Shown: one piece after another, positions 36,037 through 45,497 of the stretch | Layout of the letters: each line of letters opens with the position of its first letter | Numbering within the stretch: the first letter of the stretch is position 1 | NCBI GenBank assembly: GCA_021846635.1 | Contig: JAJZWO010000001.1 | Location: 1 to 49,158 of the forward strand | Source: Candidatus Micrarchaeota archaeon | GTDB taxonomy: Archaea; Micrarchaeota; Micrarchaeia; Micrarchaeales; Micrarchaeaceae | Direction: 5' to 3' | DNA: 49,158 nt | Position numbers and translations under genes: made by a program | Notes under the pieces: generated by a model | Seen by the model: the letters and a program-made list of their open reading frames with translations, nothing else | Told to the model about the DNA's origin: nothing | Database searches by the model: none

Positions 36037-36117
36037 AATAACACCGTCAGTTTCCATCATCCAGTAAATAGAAATTGCAATTATAGATTGCCAGCAAACA
36101 TATATAAATATTGGGCG

Positions 36118-38310
36118 TCAGTCAAGGAACTGCTCCGGTTTCGGCGGCTCTGGAGGCTGTCCCTTCCTTACTCTTATGTCCCTCACAACCTTGTTCTGCA
36201 GCTCTCCAGGCAGCTTGTCATAACCCGCGAACTCTGTGTACCATACTGCCCTTCCCTGCGTGAGCCCCCTGAGATCGTTTGAGAAGCTCTTCAGCGTTTC
36301 AGCAACAGGCAGTTTGGCCACTATTGTAACCTCCGCTCTCTCCTGGTTCACAGTTACTATCTGCCCGCGCTTGCCCTGCAGGAAAGATATTACATCCGAC
36401 ATGTTGTCCTGCGGTATGCTTATCGTGAAATTCTGCTTCGGCTCAACAAGAGTTATGCCCGCGCTGAGCATCGCCGCATATATCGCGTTCCTTATTGCAG
36501 GTATTATCTGTGCCGGGCCCCTGTGAACAGGATCCTCGTGTATCGTAGCATCAACTATGCTCACCAGCACTCCGGCGCATTTCTCCCTCGCAAGCGGTCC
36601 ATCCTTCACCGCCTGCTCAAATCCGTCAATTAGAAGCTCCATAACCTCGTTGAGGTACTGCACTCCGTGCGTTGCATCAACCATTATGTTCCTGTTGCAT
36701 ACGTCGACCACTCCCTTTGCTGTTGGCCTGTCGAGTCCTGCCTCTATGAAAGCGTCTACTGCAAGCTGCCCCTTCGGCTTGCCTTCCCTTATCTTGCCCT
36801 CATCTATGGCTGCGAGGGTCTTTTCTGGGAGCGGCTCAACAGTAACGAAGAATCTTGAATGCTTGTTTGGCGACTTTCCCATCACAGGGCCTGCCTTGCC
36901 GCTTATCGTTTCGTTGTAAACCACTATGGGCTCGCTCGTTATTATTGGAACCTTGAACTCGTCCCGTATTTTCGTCTCTATGACATCGAGGTGCAGCTCT
37001 CCTATGCCGCTTATGAGGTGCTCTCCAGTTTCCTGGCTTATCTCTACTTTAAGAGTGGCATCCTCCTTCGAAAGTATCCTGAGTGCCTCTATTAACTTTG
37101 TCATGTCCCTGGAGTCCTTAGCCTCTATCGCTTTTGTCACTACTGGCTTAGAGTAATGGGTTATGCTCTCGAAAGCCTCTATCTGGTTCTCGCTTACTGT
37201 ATCCCCTATTGAGAGATCCTTGAGCCCTATCAGTGCTGCGATGTTTCCAGCAGGAACCTCGTCCACTATTATCCTGTCGGGGCCCATGTACAGCGCAACC
37301 TGCTGTACGCGCTGCTTGTTTGTTTTGCCGCTTACGTAAAACTCCATTCCCTTCCTGACCGTGCCTGAGAAAACCCTTGTTATTATGACCTCTCCGCTGT
37401 GCTGGTCATACGCAACTCCGAAAGTTACCAGGTTGGCCTTGGCGTTAGCGTCGGTGTTTGACATCGCCTGGCCGTCAACCGAAGAAATGTCCCCGTGCCA
37501 CATGATGGGCACCCTGTACTTCTGCGCCTCCTTGGGGCTTGGAAGGTGCTCAACCACCATAGATAATATAGCGTCCTCTATCGGCGCAATGTCCTGCAGC
37601 TTTGCCTCGTCACCTGCGGCAGTGTAATCGAAAACCTGCTTGAATGAGACGTTCTTCTGCTTCATCATCCTTACAGATATTGCCCACCTCTTCATGGCCG
37701 AGCCGAAGCATACGCTGCCTCCTTCAACACTCACCTTCCACTTGTCTGCGAATTCTTCCGGGGAGTACTGCTCTATCATCCTGTTTATGTCCCCTATCAA
37801 CGCAGCTAGGCGTTCCTGTGTCTGCTCAGGAGTGAGCCTCAGCTCGTTGAGCAGCCTGTCTACCTTGTTTACGAACAGCACAGGCTTGGCCCTTTCCTTT
37901 AGCGCCTGCCTCAGCACGGTTTCTGTCTGCGGCATGACTCCCTCAACGGGATCCACGACGAGCACTACGCCGTCAACTGCCCTCATCGCCCTAGTCACGT
38001 GCCCTCCGAAATCTACGTGCCCGGGCGTGTCTATCAGGTTTATAATGTAATCCTTGTCCTCATAAGTGAATCCAAGCGATATGTAAGCGCTCTTTATCGT
38101 CATCCTTCTGTCCTTCTCTATCGCCTCGTAGTTGGTGTAGAGCACGTCTCCAGCAGACGACCTCGGTATGAGGCCCGCCTTTGCAAGAAGAGAGTCCGTA
38201 AGCGTGGTCTTTCCGTGGTGAACATGGGCTATTATGCCTATGTTCCTGACGCTGGTAACGTCTTTCATTATGCGCGTTACTTCTTCAACTACGAATTCTT
38301 TCCTTACCAT
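36118..38310 (-). CDS. fusA: Translation elongation factor 2 (aEF-2)
   Basis: 730 aa. GTPase motifs are AHVHHGKTT, DTPGH and NKVD. A diphthamide-region HEDPVHRG is present. Confidence 0.95.
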   Translation of the reverse strand: MVRKEFVVEEVTRIMKDVTSVRNIGIIAHVHHGKTTLTDSLLAKAGLIPRSSAGDVLYTNYEAIEKDRRMTIKSAYISLGFTYEDKDYIINLIDTPGHVDFGGHVTRAMRAVDGVVLVVDPVEGVMPQTETVLRQALKERAKPVLFVNKVDRLLNELRLTPEQTQERLAALIGDINRMIEQYSPEEFADKWKVSVEGGSVCFGSAMKRWAISVRMMKQKNVSFKQVFDYTAAGDEAKLQDIAPIEDAILSMVVEHLPSPKEAQKYRVPIMWHGDISSVDGQAMSNTDANAKANLVTFGVAYDQHSGEVIITRVFSGTVRKGMEFYVSGKTNKQRVQQVALYMGPDRIIVDEVPAGNIAALIGLKDLSIGDTVSENQIEAFESITHYSKPVVTKAIEAKDSRDMTKLIEALRILSKEDATLKVEISQETGEHLISGIGELHLDVIETKIRDEFKVPIITSEPIVVYNETISGKAGPVMGKSPNKHSRFFVTVEPLPEKTLAAIDEGKIREGKPKGQLAVDAFIEAGLDRPTAKGVVDVCNRNIMVDATHGVQYLNEVMELLIDGFEQAVKDGPLAREKCAGVLVSIVDATIHEDPVHRGPAQIIPAIRNAIYAAMLSAGITLVEPKQNFTISIPQDNMSDVISFLQGKRGQIVTVNQERAEVTIVAKLPVAETLKSFSNDLRGLTQGRAVWYTEFAGYDKLPGELQNKVVRDIRVRKGQPPEPPKPEQFLD

Positions 38311-38326
38311 AAATACGCACCATTAC

Positions 38327-39058
38327 TTACTTTGCGCTTCTTGCCATGCGCTCAATTTCGTTCTTCCTCTTTACGGCGTAGCTGTTGATGTCGTTGTTTG
38401 CAGCGAGCACTATCTCGTTCGCAAGGACATCATACATCCTCCTCTTCTTGCCGAATGACCCTATCACCGTCGCCATCGCGATATTCTTCAGCGCTATGTC
38501 AAGCCTCCTGCTGGCGCTTATGTCTACAGCTACGTTGGATATTATGCCGCCGTACCTCACTCTGGTCGTATCCTCTATAGGTGCGCTGTTCTCAAGCGCC
38601 TTTACGTAAAGCTGGAGAGGGTTAGACCCGGATTTCTCGTGTATTGCGTCGAACGCCTTTTCTATTATGTGCATGACCTTTATTTTCTTGCCCTGCAGTC
38701 TTCCCTCTGTCCTTATGGTCTTGCCGCCGACCCTGCCTCCAGTGCCGCCTCTCATCATCGAATTCTCAAGCCTTTCTACAATGTTAAGCGTCGCCTTTGA
38801 CAGGTCCTTCTGGCTCCTCCTCCTAAAAGTGCTTGGATATTCGAGCGGCGTTAGGTCAATGTACCTCTTCAAGCTCAGGTCCTCGACCTTTACGTCATAG
38901 CTGTATTTTTCAAAAAGCATTCTCTCCTTGTTCTGCTCCACTGTTTCTGCTGGCTTTGTCGCCTTCCTGGACTGCTTCTTTGTAGCCTTTTTCTGCTTTT
39001 CTGCAGGGGCTTTGTCCGAATCAACCCCAGTTTCCTGAACAACGCTTTCTTCAGCCAT
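38327..39058 (-). CDS. rps7: 30S ribosomal protein S7 (with possible 46-aa lysine-rich N-terminal extension)
   Basis: The core from MLFEKYSYDVKVEDLSLKRYIDL onward matches archaeal S7. The ORF stays open upstream to an ATG 6 nt after the S12 stop. An alternative start is at 38920. Confidence 0.85.
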   Translation of the reverse strand: MAEESVVQETGVDSDKAPAEKQKKATKKQSRKATKPAETVEQNKERMLFEKYSYDVKVEDLSLKRYIDLTPLEYPSTFRRRSQKDLSKATLNIVERLENSMMRGGTGGRVGGKTIRTEGRLQGKKIKVMHIIEKAFDAIHEKSGSNPLQLYVKALENSAPIEDTTRVRYGGIISNVAVDISASRRLDIALKNIAMATVIGSFGKKRRMYDVLANEIVLAANNDINSYAVKRKNEIERMARSAK

Positions 39059-39064
39059 AAATCA

Positions 39065-39493
39065 TTACCTCTTGGGTTTGTCCTTCCTTCCGGTCCTTAC
39101 TTCCTCAAGGCTCGCCCCGTTTATCTCAACGACCTTGTATTTCATTCCTGGTATGCTGCCCATCTGCCCTCTCTGGGAGCCTCCCATTCCCTCTATTGTT
39201 ACCTCGTCGTGCTCGTCTATGAAGTTTATTGATCCGTCGTGCGGTACGAAGGCGCCAACTACTCTATTGTTCTTTATCAGCTGAACGCGCACACATTTTA
39301 TCTGCCCTGAGTGAGGCTGCTTCTGCTCTACTACGAATTTCTGCAGAACCAGAGCCTTCGCCCTCGGAACAGTTCCTACCGCGTCGTACTTTTGTTTTAG
39401 CTTAAGCTTCTTCCTTTTAAGCCATTTCTTAAGCATGCGCTGCCTTTTCCTCTGCTTCACCAGTTTCCTTGCTGCAAATTCACCATTAGGCAA
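39065..39493 (-). CDS. rps12: 30S ribosomal protein S12
   Basis: 142 aa. PHSGQIKCVRVQLIKN...GFVPHDG matches the family. The start codon is TTG. Confidence 0.9.
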   Translation of the reverse strand: MPNGEFAARKLVKQRKRQRMLKKWLKRKKLKLKQKYDAVGTVPRAKALVLQKFVVEQKQPHSGQIKCVRVQLIKNNRVVGAFVPHDGSINFIDEHDEVTIEGMGGSQRGQMGSIPGMKYKVVEINGASLEEVRTGRKDKPKR

Positions 39494-39799
39494 TCAATCA
39501 CTGCTAAAATTTTTAAGTATCCCAGAGTCTCCTGGCTGTATTATCGATATAGCAGATACAGAATATGGCTTTCCGCAGACTGCACCGAATTCCATAGGCG
39601 TGCCCTCGAATATTATGACCTTTATTCCCGCAATCTTGGACAGATGATTCAAATCGTCAACGAGCTCCTTCTTGCTCCTAGAAGTCGCGACTACTAACTT
39701 TGCGGTGCCCTCCATCAATGACTTCAGCGTGCTCCTGACCCCGATTGCAGTCTCTCCGCTATCCACAGCCAGTCTAACATCTCTGTTTAAATCTGCCAT
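39494..39799 (-). CDS. rpl30e: 50S ribosomal protein L30e
   Basis: The sequence runs MADLNRDVRLAVDSGETAIGVRSTLKSL...GAVCGKPYSVSAISI. The ATG is at 39799; the track ORF begins at a TTG at 39838. The stop abuts the S12 start. Confidence 0.85.
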   Translation of the reverse strand: MADLNRDVRLAVDSGETAIGVRSTLKSLMEGTAKLVVATSRSKKELVDDLNHLSKIAGIKVIIFEGTPMEFGAVCGKPYSVSAISIIQPGDSGILKNFSSD

Positions 39800-39923
39800 A
39801 TTAATCCTTTGAGAAAAGGTAAACGATGCCGGCATCAATCTGCAGACGTCGATGCATACGATTATAGTAGGGAAAAGTATATATAATTATTGAAAATGCC
39901 GATATTCGTCAGCGCCAATTAAA

Positions 39924-40934
39924 TCAATGCGTTATGGTGTAGTTGCACCCTGCAGGCTGCGAAAAGTCGCCGCTCAGTATGAGCTTTGCGTACCCAACAA
40001 ACGGAAAAGATCCTATTACCCTGCCATTCACATAAGAGCTGTTTATTGGAAGGTTGCCGTACTGCATGTCCAGCCCTGGATTGTTGTCTCCCTTGGTGAG
40101 CACATAGTAGCTTCCGCTCGCATTTATTATTGCGTAAACGCGGTGCACTACGTATGAATCCCCTGCAGCGTAAAACGAATCCTGCGGCACTGTAGTGTAT
40201 ACTATGATAGAATTGTTCCTATCCCCTGTTATTACAGTGTTGCCTATCTCTATCGACGTTGTGTAAGCTTCGTTGTACGATACTCCGTTGTCGAAGACGG
40301 CCTTTCTCTCCCCGCAGTAATACTTGACCAGGTTCCCTGCCTGCGAGGCGTTCGATATTATGTGCTCAGGACCGTCACCCGTAGCCAGCAACCCGATAGA
40401 ATAACCGCTCTTTACATCTTGCGATATTAGTGCCCCGCCCGAATAATTTTTGTACGCTACGCAAGCGTTGAATTCGAGGCCTATGGTGCTTAGCATAGAG
40501 GTTAACTGCTGCTTTGTAACATCGACTATGGGCGCCCTTAGCTTTGTCACGTTCACTCCCTGTATCGCTATCATATCTCCTCTATGAAGTACTGGCAGCA
40601 TCGAGCAGCTCGGCACAACATCCAACGGCGTAGGGGTATTAAGCGCAAACCGCAGGAAGAGCCACAAACCTATGACTATCGCGATAGCCACGACTATTTC
40701 GGTGCCTTCCCTTACTGCGTTGCTCCTATTTACTCCGTTAACTAATTCCAATCCTATTATTATGACAAGCACGATAAATGACGCAGCTCCCAATGCTATT
40801 GAGAGGACCCCATTGCTATTGAACCTTATGTAAAGCACTAGGAGTATCGCGAACACGACATACAGAGGCCATATCGTCGTGCCTTTGCTGCGACTCACGC
40901 TCTTCCGCTTCCTTCTTTCCTTGCCCTTCATCAC
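39924..40934 (-). CDS. Signal peptidase I, archaeal/Sec11 (S26B) type, with large internal insertion
   Basis: 336 aa. A polybasic N-terminus and 2-3 TM helices. The Ser box is PSCSMLPVLHRGD, the His box is YVVHRVYAI, and LTKGDNN is present. The start overlaps the SMC stop (ATGA). Confidence 0.7.
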   Translation of the reverse strand: MMKGKERRKRKSVSRSKGTTIWPLYVVFAILLVLYIRFNSNGVLSIALGAASFIVLVIIIGLELVNGVNRSNAVREGTEIVVAIAIVIGLWLFLRFALNTPTPLDVVPSCSMLPVLHRGDMIAIQGVNVTKLRAPIVDVTKQQLTSMLSTIGLEFNACVAYKNYSGGALISQDVKSGYSIGLLATGDGPEHIISNASQAGNLVKYYCGERKAVFDNGVSYNEAYTTSIEIGNTVITGDRNNSIIVYTTVPQDSFYAAGDSYVVHRVYAIINASGSYYVLTKGDNNPGLDMQYGNLPINSSYVNGRVIGSFPFVGYAKLILSGDFSQPAGCNYTITH

Positions 40935-43900
40935 AACTCCCTGCCTTCTACGCCTCCAGCGTTCGCCTCTATCCCTACTGCCCTAGATTCGCCGTCATTT
41001 TTCGCAACTCCTATTACCGTATCTGCGTATGCTATCAAAGAGTCGTTGTGGCTCACAACTATGAATTGCGAGCTCTCGCCCAAGCGCTTAAGAAGCAGCG
41101 ACAGCTTTTTCGAGTTTTCCTTGTCAAGCGCCGAATCTATTTCGTCGAATATGTAGAAGGACATCTGCCTTCTCATCTGTATGGCGAATATGAGCATTAT
41201 CAGCACGAAAGATTTTTCACCTCCGGAAAGCGCCTCTACGCTTCTGGTCTTACCTTTCTCCCTTATTATTATCTGCAGCCCGGAAGAGAACGGATTCTTT
41301 TGGTTCTCCAGCCTCATTTCTGCCTCGCCGTCGTATGCAAGCTTGTATATCCTCTTGAAGTTAGCGTTGATGCTGTCGAACACCTCCCCAAAAACGCTTA
41401 TCTTCTTCGACTCTATCTCGCTAATCATGTCAAGTATTGATGTTTTCTCCATGCTTATGGTCCTGAGCCTCTCCTCCGCTTCCTCCACCTCCCTGCTCCT
41501 TTCGGAGTACATCTCAGGAGCCTTCATGTTCACCGACCCAAGCCTCTCCATACCTGCACGCGCGGCGCCCAACTTCTGCTCCATCTGGTCCAGCGGCAGA
41601 TCAAGCGGCGCAATGTCCTCGTAGCTCCTCTTTTCCGCTTTTATATCCCCTATCCTGACCTCCGCCTGGCTTATCCTTCCGGAGAGCTCTATGATGCCGC
41701 GCTCAAGCCTTTCCATCTCGCTCTTAAGCGTGCCGCTCTTGAATCCCAGTTCAGATATCTTTTTCTCGCGGTCCGAAACCTTGGCGTACAACTCTTTGGC
41801 GAATGAGTCCTTGCTGTTCATGTTCCCCTCAAGCTCCTTCCTGTCTGCTTCAAGCTTCGCCCTCTTCACAGACAGCTCCTTCTCTTCAGCGATCAACTCT
41901 TTTATGGCCCTGCCCTGCGCCTTGCGCTCCTCGTCAAGCGCCAGCAATCTCGCATCCACGAGCTCAAGCTCCTTTTCATCGCCAGCAGCCTTAACTTTCA
42001 GCGCTTCAAGCCTGGCCCTGGCTTCCTTCGCTTTCTTGGCCGCCTCTCCAGCTCCTCTTCCTTTTTTCGCTGCAGACGAATCTCCAAGCTGCGACCTGAG
42101 TTCCTGCGCCTCCGCTTTCGCTGCGATGAGCCCTTTTTCCAGCGCGGCCTTCCCCTTCCCAAGTTCGTCAAGCTTAATCCTCTCCCCGTCAAGCTCCCTG
42201 CTTGTGCGCTCTGCATCTGCTTCCAGCTTGGCGATAGCAGCTTCCATCTCCGATTTTGATGCACGGCAGCTGTCAATCGCGGCGTTGTACCTTATCAGAT
42301 CAGTCTCTGCCTTTGCAATCCTTGACCCAATAGGCTTTCTTTCATTTTCGAGCTTTGCAATCTCGTCGCCAATATCCGAGAGCTTTGAGCGAAGAGCCGC
42401 CAGCTGCGATTCAAGCATCATTGGGCTTTTTGAAGCCCTGTTTCTTCCCCCGCTTATGACCCCGCTGTTCTCTACAAGGTCGCCCTCCAGGGTTACATAT
42501 CTCCTCTTGCCTATGCCGCTTTTCTTCGCTTCCGCTATGCTGCCTACTAGGTAAGTATTAGAGAAGATGAAGCTGAATACTCTGAGGTACTTCTCGTCAA
42601 ACTTTACATGGTCTATTATGGGCTTAAGCCCCTTGGCGCTTCTGTCTGTCTCATACCGTACAACATCCTCAATAGGTATGAACGATGCCCTACCAAGATC
42701 ATGCTTCTTCAGGACCTCTATCGCTTTCGACGCGATTGACGCATTGTCTACGACAAAATAGCCAAGCCTGCTTCCTGCCGATGCATTTATGGCGGCTTCA
42801 AATTCTGCCGAGTATGTGCACAACTCGTAGGCTCTGCCGTGGAATCCAGCGCCTACCTCCTCCCGGAGCCTCGCCTCTATCGCAGCTCCAGCTCCACCAT
42901 GCACTGCCAGCTGCTCCCTGACTCTTACTATTTCCTCGTTGGCCTGGTCTGATGCCTTCTTTATCTCTGCAATCCTTGAGACAATTCTTGTATCCTCCTT
43001 TAGCGCGCCCTCTTTTTCCTTGCCGGCAAGTTTCGCTGCCTCGACTGCCTTCTCCAATGCAGTTTCGTTCTCCAAAAGCCTGGCCTGAATACGCTCCCTT
43101 TCAGAATTGTATCTCAACAAAGTCTCTTCAAGCGAGCGCAGCCTGTTCTCCACCTCTGCGGCACCTATTGCCGAAGCGGAATGCTTTTCCTCAAGCGCCG
43201 AAATCTCCGCGCTCAGCTTCGAGTATCTTTCCGCAATATCAGCATAGGTCTCGCCATCGTCGATTTCGCCATAATCTCCGGCCTCGCCGATCTCCTTGTG
43301 CAGCGATTCAAGCTCGGCCTTAAGCTCTTTGCTCTTTTTAGAATGATTTTCGATTTCCAAAGCTGTCTTTGCTAGCGACTCCTCCGCCTTGGCCCGCAAA
43401 GATTTTGAAGAGGAAAGTTTTTCGTCCGAAACAGCCAGCTCCCTCTTTATGCCCTCTATGGCGCTGTTCGCGGAGCTTGCCTCTATCGAATGCCTGTTAA
43501 GCTCCTCGGCAAGCTTCCTCCTTTCTGAAGACAGGCTCTCTATGTCAGAATCTATCGCGAGCAGCTCCCTGGATATGGTTTCCTTCCTTGCATTCGCTTC
43601 GGAGAGCTGCGACCTGTGCATTTCGAGCTCGCCCATTAGCGACTTCTCCCTGGCTGCGAGTATGCTGAACGCCAGAAGCTTTGCCTGGTCCGCAAACTCC
43701 TTGTATCTCTCTGCATCCTCCTTCTCCTTCTTCAGCTCGTTGAGGAACCCTCTCCTCTCGTTGAGCATGCCGTGAGCCTCGCCCAGCTTCTCCTCAACTC
43801 TCTCCAGCTCCCTCTCTGCAGCCTCCTTCTTCTTGTCAAATTCGTTTATCCCGGCAGCAATGTCTATGATTTCCCTGCGCTCCTTGCTGTTCATGTTGAG

Positions 43901-44329
43901 TATCCTGACTATCTCGCCCTGCGCTATGGTGTTTGTCTCGTTGACGTCGCCTCCGTGCCCCTTAAGGAATTCCACTACGTCCTGCTTGGTGGTGTGCTTC
44001 CCGTTGAGCCTGTATCCCATCTTCCTGTCCTCCCTAGCGTACCTTATTATTTCGACGTTGGCGTCTCCGCCCATTATTACCTTCACGTAGGCTCTGCGCA
44101 TCTCCTCGTTCCTTCCCTTCTTCACATCCTCATTGAGAAGCTGCGTAGGGGAAACTATCCTGAGCCGCCTAAGCGAGCTCTCACCAAGAGCAAAAAGCAG
44201 AGAATCGCACACGTTGGATTTTCCCGAACCGTTTGGCCCAACTATGCAGTTGAAGTTCTTCCTAAAAGATATGCTGGCGTGCCTGAAAGATTTGAAGTTG
44301 TGCAGGACTATTCTATCTATGTATAACAT
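40931..44329 (-). CDS. smc: Chromosome segregation protein SMC
   Basis: 1132 aa. Walker A is GPNGSGKSN. Long coiled coils flank a central hinge (GRAYELC...GYFVVDN...LGRASFIPI). The C-terminal signature is LSGGEKS, and Walker B is FYIFDEIDSALD. Confidence 0.9.
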   Translation of the reverse strand: MLYIDRIVLHNFKSFRHASISFRKNFNCIVGPNGSGKSNVCDSLLFALGESSLRRLRIVSPTQLLNEDVKKGRNEEMRRAYVKVIMGGDANVEIIRYAREDRKMGYRLNGKHTTKQDVVEFLKGHGGDVNETNTIAQGEIVRILNMNSKERREIIDIAAGINEFDKKKEAAERELERVEEKLGEAHGMLNERRGFLNELKKEKEDAERYKEFADQAKLLAFSILAAREKSLMGELEMHRSQLSEANARKETISRELLAIDSDIESLSSERRKLAEELNRHSIEASSANSAIEGIKRELAVSDEKLSSSKSLRAKAEESLAKTALEIENHSKKSKELKAELESLHKEIGEAGDYGEIDDGETYADIAERYSKLSAEISALEEKHSASAIGAAEVENRLRSLEETLLRYNSERERIQARLLENETALEKAVEAAKLAGKEKEGALKEDTRIVSRIAEIKKASDQANEEIVRVREQLAVHGGAGAAIEARLREEVGAGFHGRAYELCTYSAEFEAAINASAGSRLGYFVVDNASIASKAIEVLKKHDLGRASFIPIEDVVRYETDRSAKGLKPIIDHVKFDEKYLRVFSFIFSNTYLVGSIAEAKKSGIGKRRYVTLEGDLVENSGVISGGRNRASKSPMMLESQLAALRSKLSDIGDEIAKLENERKPIGSRIAKAETDLIRYNAAIDSCRASKSEMEAAIAKLEADAERTSRELDGERIKLDELGKGKAALEKGLIAAKAEAQELRSQLGDSSAAKKGRGAGEAAKKAKEARARLEALKVKAAGDEKELELVDARLLALDEERKAQGRAIKELIAEEKELSVKRAKLEADRKELEGNMNSKDSFAKELYAKVSDREKKISELGFKSGTLKSEMERLERGIIELSGRISQAEVRIGDIKAEKRSYEDIAPLDLPLDQMEQKLGAARAGMERLGSVNMKAPEMYSERSREVEEAEERLRTISMEKTSILDMISEIESKKISVFGEVFDSINANFKRIYKLAYDGEAEMRLENQKNPFSSGLQIIIREKGKTRSVEALSGGEKSFVLIMLIFAIQMRRQMSFYIFDEIDSALDKENSKKLSLLLKRLGESSQFIVVSHNDSLIAYADTVIGVAKNDGESRAVGIEANAGGVEGREL

Positions 44330-44349
44330 CTGCGAGTCGCCTCTATTAC

Positions 44350-45447
44350 CTATCTGTTTGTAAGATTTTTATTAGTGACCGAAGCGTTCTTCTTTGATAT
44401 GTGGAGCGCTATGACAGACTCGACATGCTGCGCCACAAGCACGCCTACAACCTTCTTGCCTACCTTTACAGCTATTATTCCAGTATTCTCGTTCCGCATC
44501 TTGTCTATCGCTGCAGGCAGCGGCCTGTTTATCCCTATGAGCGGTATTTCGGTGCAGAACTTGTCAACGGTGTTTGACATGTACCCTGGGTTCAGCGATA
44601 CGCCCATCTTAACTCCCTGTACGAGCTTTACATTTTTGCCGTAATCCACTATGATTACGTGTGTGTGATACTTCATGAATATATTGTACAGCTCTCCTAC
44701 TGTAGTGCTGGGCTTCACTACCGCGAAGTCTTTGCTCATCGCGTCCCTGACCTTTAGGTCTGCTGCCATCTCCCTTATGTATGCTGTCTGGTACTCTGCC
44801 TGCGCCCCGCCGTAGAGGAATATTGCTATCAGAACGTCCCAGAAAACCACGAATTCCCTGTACGCGAAAGTGTATCCAGGCTCAACAGCTGCGTATATAA
44901 CCGTTCCAACAATGAACAGCACTATGACTATCTTGCTCAACTTTACGGTTATCTTTGTGGCGTCGAAAAAGCTGTGCTTTTTCTGCTCGTAGCTCCTAAA
45001 CACCCTTCCCCCGTCAAGAGGGAATCCCGGAAGGAGATTGAATACGCCGAGAAGTATGTTTATCAGGAACAGGAGTTGCACAAGATGCCTTACTGCGCCT
45101 CCCGGTATAAGCACAACTGCGACTCCGAGCACAACACCTATGAATATGCTAGCAATCGGCCCAGCTATCGATATCCTGAACTCTATGTCCGGGTCTATCT
45201 CCTCCATGTCTATTACGGAGGCGCCTCCTATCGGAAGCAGTATTATCTTCTTCACCCCTATGCCGTTGCGCTTTGACGTTATTGAGTGCGCAAGCTCGTG
45301 GAGCAGGACGCATATGAAAAGCAGCACTATCACTGCAAAAAGGTAGAGACTTAGCACGAGCGAGAATACAAGGAGAAGTACGAAGCTCCAGTGTAGCTGT
45401 ATCTTTATTCCAGATATGCTGCCTATGTATGGCGATATGTTTACCAT
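44350..45447 (-). CDS. Site-2 protease (M50 family) with C-terminal CBS pair
   Basis: 365 aa. Motifs are HELAHS and NLLPGFPLDGGR, in a multi-TM protein. The CBS-like C-terminal half contains VRDAMSKDFAVV...IIAVKVGKKVVGVL. Confidence 0.8.
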   Translation of the reverse strand: MVNISPYIGSISGIKIQLHWSFVLLLVFSLVLSLYLFAVIVLLFICVLLHELAHSITSKRNGIGVKKIILLPIGGASVIDMEEIDPDIEFRISIAGPIASIFIGVVLGVAVVLIPGGAVRHLVQLLFLINILLGVFNLLPGFPLDGGRVFRSYEQKKHSFFDATKITVKLSKIVIVLFIVGTVIYAAVEPGYTFAYREFVVFWDVLIAIFLYGGAQAEYQTAYIREMAADLKVRDAMSKDFAVVKPSTTVGELYNIFMKYHTHVIIVDYGKNVKLVQGVKMGVSLNPGYMSNTVDKFCTEIPLIGINRPLPAAIDKMRNENTGIIAVKVGKKVVGVLVAQHVESVIALHISKKNASVTNKNLTNR

Positions 45448-45497
45448 GAGAATACCTTTCAGGCAAGACTTAAATTAGTTCTAAAATATAAAAATAC

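Noticed and set aside
41691-42554. A 287-aa Ser-rich ORF antisense to smc, plus ORFs at 43389-43775 and 43772-44326.
   Set aside because: They lie antisense to the Glu/Lys/Ala-rich coiled-coil coding region of SMC. That kind of sequence mechanically produces long Ser/Phe/Leu-rich open frames. There are no motifs and no independent start context.
40931-44329. Whether the 1132-aa coiled-coil ATPase could be the missing Rad50 partner of the Mre11-like gene.
   Set aside because: The centre of the protein has an SMC hinge-type globular segment (GYFVVDN...LGRASFIPI) rather than a CxxC zinc hook. The gene is 29 kb away from the Mre11-like gene. I called it SMC.
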